DNA from: an uncultured Acidobacteriota bacterium
Lineage (GTDB): Bacteria > Acidobacteriota > UBA6911
DNA length: 64,000 nucleotides
Direction: 5' to 3'
Assembly (NCBI GenBank): GCA_963809485.1
Contig: CAWEJX010000005.1
Span: 1 to 64,000 of the forward strand
Part shown: positions 20,063 to 29,804 of the stretch, piece by piece
Layout: each line of letters begins with the position of its first letter
How positions within the stretch are numbered: the stretch's first letter is position 1
Position numbers and translations under genes: made by a program
Notes under the pieces: generated by a model
Databases searched by the model: none
Told to the model about the DNA's origin: nothing
The model's input: only the letters and a program-made list of their open reading frames with translations

Positions 20063-20592
20063 ATTCAATATCCTCCTGAAAGACAGTTGAACTGGAAAAT
20101 CTTTGCACCGCTGATTTTGAATGTTCCCGATTCGGGTACACGACACGCATGCTGGATCTCAGACAGATATGGATTACACCCATGCCCGTGCCAGGGTTTC
20201 GGGCCGGTAAATTCCGATATTGCTTGAAAACTCAGTGCTGCGAACAGGATGAGCCCCGCCCCCTTTTGCCTATCGGAAGCGAAACCCTCTTTGTCAGCTT
20301 GAGCCGTGAAAAGAATAGGGAACAAACAAATGATGCCCTGATATTACTATCAGATGCAGGCGCAAGTCATTCAAAAAAGGGACAAAAACGGTGTAAATTG
20401 CATCAGGACGTTGGAACGTTGAACGTTTCCACGTTTAACGTTCCAACGTTCTACCTTCTACCTTCTACCTTCCACTTTCCACTTCCCCCGCCAACGTCCC
20501 CGCATCTGAAGTTAACGGTACTGTGTTATACTGCCCCGAAAATTAGGATATGAGTTCGCTCATCGGCAATCCAATGGCTGAGGGAGGCATAC

Positions 20593-22476
20593 ATGCTTTA
20601 TGGATATGCGGGAAAAATGCTCTTCGTGGACCTGAGTACAGGGTCCTTCCATGAAGAGGCATTAACCGAGCAAATCTGTCGCGACTTTATCGGGGGATAC
20701 GGCCTGGGCATTCGCGTGCTCTACGAACGGATGAAACCGGGCGTGGACCCGTTGGGCCCCGGCAATATGCTGGGCTTTGTCGCCGGTGTGCTCACCGGCA
20801 CCTCCGTTCCCGGAACCGGGCGATTCGGGGTTGTGACGAAATCGCCGCTGACGGGTGCCTGGAATGAGTCCAATTCGGGAGGCACTTTCGGCCCGGAGCT
20901 TAAAACAGCGGGCTACGACGCCGTTTTCTTCAGCGGTGTTTCCCCCAAACCGGTTTATCTGCTGATCCGCGATGGCCGGGTGGAAATAAGGGACGCTTCA
21001 GCGGTCTGGGGCAGGGAAACTTACGAAACCGAGGACATCCTGCACAGGGAAGCCGGAGACAGAGTGAAGATTGCGTCCATAGGCCCTGCGGGCGAGGCGA
21101 TGTCGCTGCTGGCCGGAATCGTGAATGAAAGAGGCCGGACCGCCGCGCGGGGCGGTTCAGGCGCCGTCATGGGCTCCAAAAGGCTCAAAGCAATCGCCGT
21201 CAAAGGCGGCCTGCAAAAGATTGCCGTGGCCCGGAAGGAAAAACTGAAAGAAGCCGAAACCCAATATATGTCGGTCATAAAGTCGAGCGAGTTTCATAAA
21301 GGCCTGACTGCGGCGGGCACAGGCGGCGCGCTGAGTTTCCTTCTGTCGATAGGCGATTCGCCAGTCAAGAACTGGCGCGCGACCGGTACGGACTCCATGC
21401 GCACAGCCGGCAACCTCGACAGCGGAAACATGAACAAATATAAAAAGAGCAGCTACGCGTGCCAGGCGTGCCCCATCCGCTGCGGCGCCATCATCGAGCA
21501 AAAAGAAGGGCCATTTGCCATCCCCGACGAAATGCACCGGCCCGAGTACGAGACTCTGGCAGCCCTGGGGAGCCTGCTCCTGAACGACAACCAGGAGTCG
21601 GTGATACGGTCCAACGATATCTGCAACCGGTATGGCATCGACACCATTTCCACGGGAACCGCCATTGCCTGGGCCATGGAATGCTACGAAAACGGCCTCA
21701 TCACGCGGGAGCAGGCTGACGGAATCGATCTCGCCTGGGGCAACGCGGAAGCCGTGGTTGCGCTGACGGAAAAGATGGCCCGAAGGGAGGGTTTCGGAGC
21801 GCTCCTGGCGGATGGCCCGGCCAAAGCGGCCGAGCGCATCGGCAAGGGATCCGAAAGGTACGTCATGGCCGTTCGGGGAAAGGGCATGGCGTTCCATGAC
21901 CCGCGCATGAGCCCCGCGGGAGGGACCGCCTTCATCGCCGACGCCAATCCGTCGCACCACATGAACAGCCAGATCGCCGGCCAGCTCGAAAACGGCGCCC
22001 CGGTGGGCAGCGATCCGGCGCTGCAGGTGCCCAAGGTGAACGCCTTTGCCGACTTTGACAAGAGGGGGCCCGTCTACGCCGTGGGATATGCCTATCAGCA
22101 GCTGATGGATGACGCCGGGATGTGCGCCCTGTACACCACCAACACGCCTCCTCCCGCGCTGGCGGAACTGATCGCTTGCGTTACCGGCTGGGATTTCCCG
22201 TGGGATGAAGCGCTCAAAGCCGGCCGCAGGGTTTTGACGCTCCGACAGGCGTTTAACGCCCGGGAAGGGTTGACGCCCGACCAGATCAATTTGCCTGCGA
22301 GGCTTGAAGATGAACCGCTGCCGTCCGGAGCTTCGCCTCCCCCGCGGATCGATTTCCGGGCTTTAAGGGAATCATACTTCGCCGCTATGGGGTGGGATAT
22401 CAAGACCGGCAAGCCCTCCCGGGAAACCCTCGCCGACCTCGGTCTGGCCGGCCTGACGAAGGATCTCGGCGGGTAG
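20593..22476 (+). CDS. aldehyde:ferredoxin oxidoreductase family (W/Mo-pterin) protein
   Basis: YAGKMLFVDLS, KSPLTG, SIGPAGE, AARGGSGAVMGSKRLKAI, CQACPIRC, PEYETL, CNRYGIDTIS. Confidence 0.92.
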   Translation: MLYGYAGKMLFVDLSTGSFHEEALTEQICRDFIGGYGLGIRVLYERMKPGVDPLGPGNMLGFVAGVLTGTSVPGTGRFGVVTKSPLTGAWNESNSGGTFGPELKTAGYDAVFFSGVSPKPVYLLIRDGRVEIRDASAVWGRETYETEDILHREAGDRVKIASIGPAGEAMSLLAGIVNERGRTAARGGSGAVMGSKRLKAIAVKGGLQKIAVARKEKLKEAETQYMSVIKSSEFHKGLTAAGTGGALSFLLSIGDSPVKNWRATGTDSMRTAGNLDSGNMNKYKKSSYACQACPIRCGAIIEQKEGPFAIPDEMHRPEYETLAALGSLLLNDNQESVIRSNDICNRYGIDTISTGTAIAWAMECYENGLITREQADGIDLAWGNAEAVVALTEKMARREGFGALLADGPAKAAERIGKGSERYVMAVRGKGMAFHDPRMSPAGGTAFIADANPSHHMNSQIAGQLENGAPVGSDPALQVPKVNAFADFDKRGPVYAVGYAYQQLMDDAGMCALYTTNTPPPALAELIACVTGWDFPWDEALKAGRRVLTLRQAFNAREGLTPDQINLPARLEDEPLPSGASPPPRIDFRALRESYFAAMGWDIKTGKPSRETLADLGLAGLTKDLGG

Positions 22477-22497
22477 ATTGGCTGTGCGTTCACATAT

Positions 22498-22603
22498 GAA
22501 ATTACGCTGACCTACGCCGATCAAACGCTGACGCACGCTGAAAAAACTAGATATATTTTTTCGGCGTAAGTCAGCGGTTTGGTCGGCGTACGTCGGCGAA
22601 ATT
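22498..22603. repeat. full copy of the ACGCTGAC intergenic palindrome
   Basis: About four ACGC(T/C)GA units, an AT-rich core, and the mirror-image right arm. Confidence 0.8.
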
Positions 22604-22631
22604 ATACCGGACGTAATGGAGGCCTTTACTG

Positions 22632-24026
22632 ATGACGACGGCGACACAACCTGAAATTTCCGATTCTGAAAACCCTGAAACACGCGGCAAAGGCAAGGAA
22701 AAGCCCAATCTCCGATACGCATGGTATGTTCTCGCGATCCTGACCGGCATATACATGTGTTCGTACGTGGACCGGCAGATCCTGAGCCTCCTGGTTCCTT
22801 CCATCAAGAAAGACCTGGGTGTCAGCGATACGCAAATCGGGCTGCTGCAGGGACTGGCGTTTGCCCTGTTTTACACGTTCATGGGATTGCCCCTGGGGCG
22901 GCTGGCGGACAATTGCAACCGGCGCAACATCATCGTGGCCAGCGTCTTCGTGTGGAGCATATTCACGGCGCTTTGCGCCGCGACCAAGAGCTTCTTCTCC
23001 CTGTTCCTGGCGCGCATCGGCGTCGGGGTCGGTGAAGCCGGATTGAGCCCGGGCGCCTATTCCCTGATCGCCGACTTTTTTCCGAAAGACCGCATCGGCA
23101 CCGCCATCAGCATCTACTATTTCGGACTGTTTTTCGGATCCAGCCTCGCGCTGCTGGTCGGCGGCATAACGGTGGACGCCCTGGCGCGCACGCCGACAAT
23201 TACGGTGCCGATCCTGGGGGCAATTGCGTCGTGGAGAGTGACGTTTCTGATCGTGGGCCTCCCGGGGCTGCTGTTTGCGCTGCTGGCATTCACGATACGG
23301 GAGCCGGTGCGGCGCAACCTGATGCTCGGCAAGGATCTCAAGCCCGTCAAGGCAAGCTTCGGAGAAGCTTTCCGGCAGATGGGAAGGCGGTGGCAGTCGA
23401 TGGTGGGGATCCCCGTGGGGATGATATTTCAGTCCACCTGCAACTTTGCGGTCATGGCCTGGGTTCCGACCTATTTCCTGCGGGTTCACGGGTGGACGGC
23501 CGCTCAGACCGGGAAAGCCCTGGCAGTGATCATGATCGCCTTCGCCTGCACCGGCATGTACGTCGGTGGCTATCTGAGCGACCGCTGGCAGAAAAGGGGA
23601 GTCGCGGACGGGCCGGTGCGCGTGGCGCTGATCAGCGCGGTGGGAATCTTTTTCTTCCTGACGCCGGCTACGATGATTTCCGATGTGAGGATAACTTTGT
23701 GCCTGCTGGCCGTCGGGATGTTCCTGGAGTCATTCCCGATGGGCACGTCGGTGGCTGCGCTTCAGATAATATTCCCCAACCAGGTCCGGGGCCAGGTCGC
23801 CGCCGTGTTCCTATTCGTCCTGAACCTCGGCGGCCAGACCATGGGGCCCTTTTTCCCGGGCTTCTTGAACGACAGCGTGTTCCACAACGAAAATATGATC
23901 GGGGTGTCGATCTCGCTGACGATCGGCGCAGCGTCGATCCTGATGTTCCTGGTGTTCCTCGCGTCGGTTCGGCCCTACCGGCGCCACTACCAGATGATGC
24001 TGGACGGGGAATCCAGCCAGGTTTGA
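22632..24026 (+). CDS. MFS transporter (spinster-like)
   Basis: YVDRQILSLL, GRLADNCNRR (motif A), ARIGVGVGEA, LIADFFP. About 12 TM segments. Confidence 0.9.
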   Translation: MTTATQPEISDSENPETRGKGKEKPNLRYAWYVLAILTGIYMCSYVDRQILSLLVPSIKKDLGVSDTQIGLLQGLAFALFYTFMGLPLGRLADNCNRRNIIVASVFVWSIFTALCAATKSFFSLFLARIGVGVGEAGLSPGAYSLIADFFPKDRIGTAISIYYFGLFFGSSLALLVGGITVDALARTPTITVPILGAIASWRVTFLIVGLPGLLFALLAFTIREPVRRNLMLGKDLKPVKASFGEAFRQMGRRWQSMVGIPVGMIFQSTCNFAVMAWVPTYFLRVHGWTAAQTGKALAVIMIAFACTGMYVGGYLSDRWQKRGVADGPVRVALISAVGIFFFLTPATMISDVRITLCLLAVGMFLESFPMGTSVAALQIIFPNQVRGQVAAVFLFVLNLGGQTMGPFFPGFLNDSVFHNENMIGVSISLTIGAASILMFLVFLASVRPYRRHYQMMLDGESSQV

Positions 24027-24129
24027 TTTAACGCTGACATACGCCGACAAAAACGCCGACGAACGCTGATACAAATTGATATTTTTATCGGCGTATATCA
24101 GCGGTTTTGTCGGCGTACGTCAGCGTTAC
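24026..24129. repeat. full copy of the ACGCTGAC intergenic palindrome between convergent genes
   Basis: acgctgacatacgccgac...AT core...gtcggcgtacgtcagcgt. Confidence 0.8.
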
Positions 24130-24132
24130 AGT

Positions 24133-25494
24133 TTAGTGCTTGATTTTCTCCATCAGAGTTTTGTAGTCCGTTTCGAAGGTCGGGCAGCGGTCCGGAGTAT
24201 GACACTTCAGGCATAAATCCATGCCCGGCTTCGTCGAGGAGATCCGTGTGGCGTCGCTCAGGTGATCCTTGCGGAATCCGTGGCAGGATTCACACTGGAC
24301 GTTCATCAGTTCCGGCTGCTGAGTTTTCATGGCGAAGCCTTCGGGCTGCTCGAAGCGGGTGGTGTGGCAGGCAAGGCACTTGGGGTCGAACTGCTTCTGC
24401 TTGCCGACCAGCGTGCTGTAAGCCTTGGCGTGATCGGAGGTCTTCCAGTTTTTCACCTGGCCGGCATGGCACGGTTCGCACACGGCGGACCGCAGCGAGA
24501 CACTCGCGGGGGGCGGAGTATTTTCGCCCGTGCCGCCATAGATCTCGGCGATCTTGTCGTTGTATTCCGTAATCATCGCCTTCACCTTGGGATCGTCCGG
24601 GATTTCCTCACCGAAAGGAACGAGCGTATTGTGAATCGCCCGGGCCTCGTCCAGGGTGACTTCCAGCAGGCCCTGGTACTGGTTTTTCTCTCCCGCCTGG
24701 ACGATCAGAGTCTTATCGGCCTCGAACGGATCTTTGGTCTTCTGTTTGTCGTGCCCGCCCACAACCAGGTCTATGCCCTTCACCCTTCGGGCGATGACCC
24801 AGTCGCGGTTGGTCCCCTGGTGGGTCAAAGCGATCATGTAATCGACTTTCCCGGTGAGCTCCTTCACGATGGCTTCGGCGGCCTTCAGGGGATCTTGCAC
24901 GGAGACGGTTTCGCCGGTGATCTGCTGCACTTTGGACACCATTTCAGAGGTGTCCCCCATGACGCCGAATATGCCGACGTTCTTGCCGTTGACGTTTTTA
25001 ACAACGTAGGGCTTGAAAATCGGGGCGCCTTTGTCGTCCACCAGGTTCGCCGAAACAAACGGGAAGTCGTGCTTCTTTTCCAGTTGCTTGAGGTAATCGA
25101 CTCCCAGGACAAGGTCCATCTCGCCCACGTTGACGGCGTCGATTCCGATGTGTTTGAGAATCCGCACGATCAGATCCGCCTTCAGCTTTGCCGACTGCAC
25201 GACAGACTCGGGGATTTCCTCGTCTTCATTCAGCAAATCGCCTGAATCGATCACCACGAGGCCGCTCTGACTTTTCCGGTACTGTTCGAGATAAGCGGAT
25301 TTTTTGTACAGCCCTCCGAGCTGTACGCCTGTATCCATTCAACCGCACGGCTCAAGGTAACCCAGAATGTTACTGCTGTAGGCGACGGCCAGTTTGGGGC
25401 CGTCCGCGGCGCGCGAACTGTTGGTCGAAACGCTAATCGAAACAAGGGCCGCTGCGCACAAAAAGAAAAAGCACGCCAAAAAAAGTCTCTTCAT
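24133..25494 (-). CDS. exported selenoprotein: UshA/5'-nucleotidase-like domain with CGU motif plus tetraheme cytochrome c domain (453 aa, Sec at codon 52)
   Basis: ORFs 25339..25521 and 24133..25338 are in one frame, joined by TGA in GYLEPCG-TGA-MDTGVQLGGL. SECIS-like hairpin downstream, signal peptide, RBS AGGAGG, four CxxCH motifs. Confidence 0.85.
25297..25336 (-). promoter_or_regulatory. bacterial SECIS element
   Basis: 12 nt after the UGA: GTACAGCTC-GGA-GGGCTGTAC (9-bp stem with one G-U pair, G-containing apical loop), plus lower stem GGAT/ATCC. Confidence 0.8.
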
Positions 25495-25715
25495 CCAGCA
25501 CTCCTCCTGATGAACATACAAACTAATAACTATAGCAAGACTTGCGCAATTCCCTAAACATGAAAATCAGAAAATAGTCATCTGTCCGCATCCCCTGCTT
25601 TCTGAGATGCGCTGCGGCCCCGGAAGTCGCAAAAATGTCGTTCCCCGTTCCACTTTCCACAATTCACTTTCTACGCTGAACGTGGAGGGTGGAAAGTGGA
25701 ACGTGGAAGGTCGAG

Positions 25716-26138
25716 TTATTTTTGAACGGAGAGCAATTGGACTTCGAAGATGAGGGCAGCGTTGGGCGGGATATCCGGGGGGGCGCCCTGTGAACCGTAT
25801 CCCATCTGCGAGGGGATGATCAGTTCGCGCTTTCCTCCCACCCTCATTCCCGCGATACCCTTGTCCCATCCTTCGATGACTTCTCCGGCGCCCAGTTTAA
25901 AGCTGAACGGCTGCCCGGAATCCAGGGAGCTGTCGAATTTTTTGCCGTGTTTCCCATTGGAATAGAGCCAGCCCGTATAATGCATGACGAGGGTGGATCC
26001 TGGGACCGCCTCGTCCCCTGTGCCCTGGACCATTTCCCTGATCCCGAGGCTGGATGGGCCGCCGCCGGAACAGGAAACCAGAAAGACCACCAGGGATACA
26101 AGTCCCACGATGGCCGTTGCCGGATACTTGTTTTTCAT
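25716..26138 (-). CDS. FKBP-type peptidyl-prolyl cis-trans isomerase, probable lipoprotein
   Basis: [48 protein letters not shown]. Lipobox-like LVSC. Confidence 0.92.
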   Translation of the reverse strand: MKNKYPATAIVGLVSLVVFLVSCSGGGPSSLGIREMVQGTGDEAVPGSTLVMHYTGWLYSNGKHGKKFDSSLDSGQPFSFKLGAGEVIEGWDKGIAGMRVGGKRELIIPSQMGYGSQGAPPDIPPNAALIFEVQLLSVQK

Positions 26139-26165
26139 ATCGATCTTATCTCCTCGAATCTGAAG

Positions 26166-26250
26166 TCGTGAGGACGGGTCTCCAGACCCGTCCGATGGGC
26201 GCAAACCAGTCAGTCGCCTCTCGGACGGCTCTGGAGAGCCGTCCTCACGA
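26166..26250. repeat. REP-doublet-like inverted repeat
   Basis: TCGTGAGGACGGGTCTCCAGACCCGTCCGA ... TCGGACGGCTCTGGAGAGCCGTCCTCACGA: two self-hairpinning units in inverted orientation. Confidence 0.7.
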
Positions 26251-26354
26251 AACAACGCTTAAACGTTTCCACGTTCCACGTTATCAGAGATTGCGCACGA
26301 CGGGCCAGTATGATATTTTTCCCCTTTATTTACAACAGGCAGAAGGAAGGAACC

Positions 26355-27128
26355 GTGGGTACAACCAAGCTTACGCGCAAGGAAATAATGGCTGAAGATC
26401 CGGTGCATGAAGCCATCGTGCGCTTTTTGGATTTCTTTCGGACCAACAGCAAAAAAATCGGGATCCTGGCCGCGGCAGCGGTGCTTGTAGCAGCCGGAAT
26501 TTACGGCGGGCTTCAGTATCTCGACGCCCGGGAATCCAAAGCTCAGGAGCAGTTGGGGAAGGGGATGGATTTCTTTCATGGCCAGGTCGCAGCGGATGCT
26601 CCTTCGGATCCCTACGCCAAGGGGCCGACGCCCGTTTTCCCGAGCGAGTCTGCAAAGTATCAGGCAGCGGCCAGGGAGTTCTCGTCGGTTGCCTCGCGTT
26701 TCAGCTATTCCAGGATATCCATTGTGGCGCGCTATTACCTGGGGCTTTCGCAGCTTGAGCTGGGACAAAAAGAGGAAGCTGTCAAGAACCTGGGGGCGGT
26801 ATCGAACAACAGCAAGAACCGTCCTGTCGGCTACCTCGCCAAAAGGGCGCTGGCTGCCCACAATATCAGCTCGGGAAACTATCAGGGAGCCAGGGAGTTC
26901 CTGGAGGGAATGATCAAGGATCCTCAATGCAATCTCCCGAAAGAGGATTTGGCCATACAACTGTCCCGGGCCCTGGTCGGACTGGGCAAACGTGACGAAG
27001 CCGTAAAGGTGCTGAAGGATTCCGGTTCCCAGGGCCCCGCGTTCAGCGCCCTCAAGCAGCAATTGACGGCGGAGCTTGATAAATTGCAGAAGGCGCCCGC
27101 AACCGGATCCTCTCCGGCGCAGCCCTGA
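26355..27128 (+). CDS. YfgM-like membrane-anchored TPR protein
   Basis: KLTRKEIMAED N-terminus, a single TM helix, and TPR-like helices (ARYYLGLSQLELGQ). Confidence 0.75.
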   Translation: MGTTKLTRKEIMAEDPVHEAIVRFLDFFRTNSKKIGILAAAAVLVAAGIYGGLQYLDARESKAQEQLGKGMDFFHGQVAADAPSDPYAKGPTPVFPSESAKYQAAAREFSSVASRFSYSRISIVARYYLGLSQLELGQKEEAVKNLGAVSNNSKNRPVGYLAKRALAAHNISSGNYQGAREFLEGMIKDPQCNLPKEDLAIQLSRALVGLGKRDEAVKVLKDSGSQGPAFSALKQQLTAELDKLQKAPATGSSPAQP

Positions 27129-27276
27129 GCGGCTCATGGGGCGCAATTTGCGGCTCGGCCGCATTCCGACGGGCAAAACGGTGCCGTAAGTCCTTGTATC
27201 TCACTGGCTTTATCCTTGACAAAGATTCCACCGTTAATGTAATTTCCCCCTTCGCTTCAGGGTAGGAGTTTTCGCC

Positions 27277-27810
27277 GTGCTCATTGAAATAGAGGGCCTC
27301 AAACCGGAACCGCTCCACGTGCATCATGTCTATGCGACGGGAGAAATCAACTTCACGCACGATGATGCGGTGTTGGGCGAAACGGTGACTGCGGACTTTG
27401 TGTTGCGCCACAAGAACCTCGACCTGTTCGTGGACGGCACCGTGGAAACCGTAATCCGGTTCCGGTGCTCCCGGTGCAACAAGGAGTTCTCGCGGCCTTT
27501 CTCCGCCCGGTTCGATCTTTCCTATTTGCCGCAACCCAAATGGACCGGCAAGGATTCGGAGGTCGAGCTGAAGTACGAGGATATGGACATAGCCTACCAT
27601 GATGGTGTCGCTTTCGATGTGGACCTCATGGTGCTCGAACAGATCGAGCTGGCGATGCCGATGAAGTTTGTTTGCCGGGAAGATTGTAAAGGCCTCTGCT
27701 ATAAATGCGGGGCCGATTTAAATGAGGGGGCGTGCCTCTGCAAAAACGAGGAGACGGACTCCCGGTTGTCCGTCCTGCTGGAGTTTACGAACAGGAAGAT
27801 GGAGAAGTAA
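27277..27810 (+). CDS. yceD: DUF177/YceD family protein
   Basis: CSRC and PMKFVCREDCKGLCYKCGADLN motifs. Lies upstream of rpmF. Confidence 0.9.
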   Translation: MLIEIEGLKPEPLHVHHVYATGEINFTHDDAVLGETVTADFVLRHKNLDLFVDGTVETVIRFRCSRCNKEFSRPFSARFDLSYLPQPKWTGKDSEVELKYEDMDIAYHDGVAFDVDLMVLEQIELAMPMKFVCREDCKGLCYKCGADLNEGACLCKNEETDSRLSVLLEFTNRKMEK

Positions 27811-27873
27811 GCCGGCAGTCTCTTAGGACCCTCGTCCGAGAGCATCATTCCCCCAAAATGGAGAACACGATTC

Positions 27874-28059
27874 ATGCCTAATCCAAAAAGGAGACATTCC
27901 AAGGCCCGCCGCGGGAAGCGCCGCGCGCATGATTTTTTGCAGACGGTCAATCCCAGCATTTGCCCCCAGTGCCTGGAGCCCAAGGCGCCGCATCAGGCTT
28001 GCCCCAAGTGCGGCTACTACAAGGGCAGACAGGTGATGGAGGGCGAAGAGGAAATCTGA
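27874..28059 (+). CDS. rpmF: 50S ribosomal protein L32 (Zn-binding form)
   Basis: MPNPKRRHSKARRGKRRAH...CPQC...CPKCGYYKGR. Confidence 0.97.
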   Translation: MPNPKRRHSKARRGKRRAHDFLQTVNPSICPQCLEPKAPHQACPKCGYYKGRQVMEGEEEI

Positions 28060-28195
28060 CGGGCAAGCCTGCGCAGGACAAGGCTCCGGTTATGGAATTG
28101 CGCACAGGAAATATTCACAGGCCCGGCAAGGCCCGGCACCCGGTGCAACAGGCGGGGCGCCGATGGTTGCGAAATGCAATGGTTTGCTTGCTCCC

Positions 28196-29224
28196 ATGAT
28201 CAAGATCGCCGTGGACAGTATGGGGAGTGACAACTCCCCGTTCAATGAAGTGGAAGGAACCGTTCAGGCTGCAAAAGCCTTCGCCGTGTCCGTGATTCTT
28301 GTCGGGAAGGAGTCTGTCCTGGCTCCTCTTCTGAAACAAGCGGGCGGGGAAGGGCTTCCCATAGAGATACGCAACGCCACCCAGGTAGTTGCGATGGACG
28401 AACCGCCTACTGTCGCGCTCCGGAAGAAGAAAGATTCATCCATACGGGTGGCGGCGGAGCTCGTCAGGGAGAGAGTGGCCAGCGGCCTTGTCAGCGCCGG
28501 CAATACGGGCGCGGTGATGGCGACTTCCAAAATGGTTTTCGGCGCCGTTCCCGGAGTGGACCGGCCGGCTCTCGCGGCTATTCTGCCTACGCTGGCGGGC
28601 CACGCGGTGCTGCTGGATGTGGGCGCGAATGTGGCCTGCAAGCCCCATCACCTGGTTCAGTTCGCCGTCATGGGCCACCTGTTCAGCAAAAAGATCGTCG
28701 GCGTCGCATCGCCCCGGGTCGGCCTCATGTCTGTGGGCGAAGAAGAGTCCAAGGGCAACGAATTAACCAAGGAAGTGCACAAGACGCTCAAACAGCTCCG
28801 CCTCAACTTTATCGGCAATGTCGAGGGGAGGGACATATACAACGGGCGGGCCGACGTGATTGTTTGCGACGGCTTTACGGGGAACGTCGCGCTCAAGACC
28901 AGCGAAGGCCTCATCGAAGCGGTGCTGAAGCTTCTGAAAGACGAGCTGTCCAGAAATCTCCAGGCCAAATTGGGCGCTCTTTTGAGCCAGCAATCCTTCA
29001 AGCGCCTTAAAAAGAGACTGGATTATTCCGAATACGGCGGAGCCCCGCTGCTCGGGCTTAGGGGCGTGACCATTATCTGCCACGGAAGATCCAGCAGCAA
29101 TGCCATCAAAAATGCGATCCGCGTTGCGAAGGAATTTGTCGAAAACCAGGTCAATGCCAAAATTGAGGCGGAGCTCAGTCAGATAGGCACTGACGCAAAA
29201 GATATCGCTTCGATCGGCCGGTAG
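28196..29224 (+). CDS. plsX: phosphate acyltransferase PlsX
   Basis: IAVDSMGSD, SAGNTGA, LDVGAN, GEEESKGN, CDGFTGNVALK, YGGAPLLG, CHGRS. Confidence 0.95.
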   Translation: MIKIAVDSMGSDNSPFNEVEGTVQAAKAFAVSVILVGKESVLAPLLKQAGGEGLPIEIRNATQVVAMDEPPTVALRKKKDSSIRVAAELVRERVASGLVSAGNTGAVMATSKMVFGAVPGVDRPALAAILPTLAGHAVLLDVGANVACKPHHLVQFAVMGHLFSKKIVGVASPRVGLMSVGEEESKGNELTKEVHKTLKQLRLNFIGNVEGRDIYNGRADVIVCDGFTGNVALKTSEGLIEAVLKLLKDELSRNLQAKLGALLSQQSFKRLKKRLDYSEYGGAPLLGLRGVTIICHGRSSSNAIKNAIRVAKEFVENQVNAKIEAELSQIGTDAKDIASIGR

Positions 29225-29455
29225 GCTCCCATCGGAGATGGTTGTAACGCCGCGCCTCCAGGCGATGCCAGGCCTGCGGGCTTCACGGCGGCTTTGAGGC
29301 ATTGCGGCTTTGCGGCCGGCCCGCCGACCGCCGGACCTGCAAGGCCTCGGGCCTTGGACATTGTAAGGCTTGCTTCCATATTTCGGGGTGCTAAAATGTG
29401 AGGTTTTCCGCCGCAGCCCTGGGCTCGCGGATTGCCGAATGGAGGAGGAACTGGA

Positions 29456-29692
29456 ATGGCATCAGTAGAAGAAAAGGTCAAATCGATCATCGTGGATCAA
29501 TTGGGTGTCAACGAGTCCGAGGTCACGGGGAAGGCGTCGTTTGTGGATGACCTGGGCGCGGATTCCCTGGACACCATCGAACTTGTTATGGCCTTCGAGG
29601 AGGCTTTCGGCATCGAAATCCCCGACGAGGATGCGGAAAAAATCAAGACGGTGCAGAACGCCATCGAGTACGTTGAAGCTCATGTAAACTGA
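29456..29692 (+). CDS. acpP: acyl carrier protein
   Basis: [26 protein letters not shown]. Confidence 0.97.
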   Translation: MASVEEKVKSIIVDQLGVNESEVTGKASFVDDLGADSLDTIELVMAFEEAFGIEIPDEDAEKIKTVQNAIEYVEAHVN

Positions 29693-29804
29693 CCGATAAT
29701 GGGTCGAATCGTGCAGCGGCGTATCTTCAGGCGGGTGCCGGATGCACCTCGCGTAAAGCGCCGTAGCCCATCGCACGGGATTCGACGAAAAGGGGAATAG
29801 AAGA

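Noticed and set aside
20170-20330. Riboswitch or sigma-54 promoter in the TonB receptor leader
   Set aside because: No recognisable cobalamin, TPP or c-di-GMP consensus. The minus-strand TGGCACG lacks the -12 GC.
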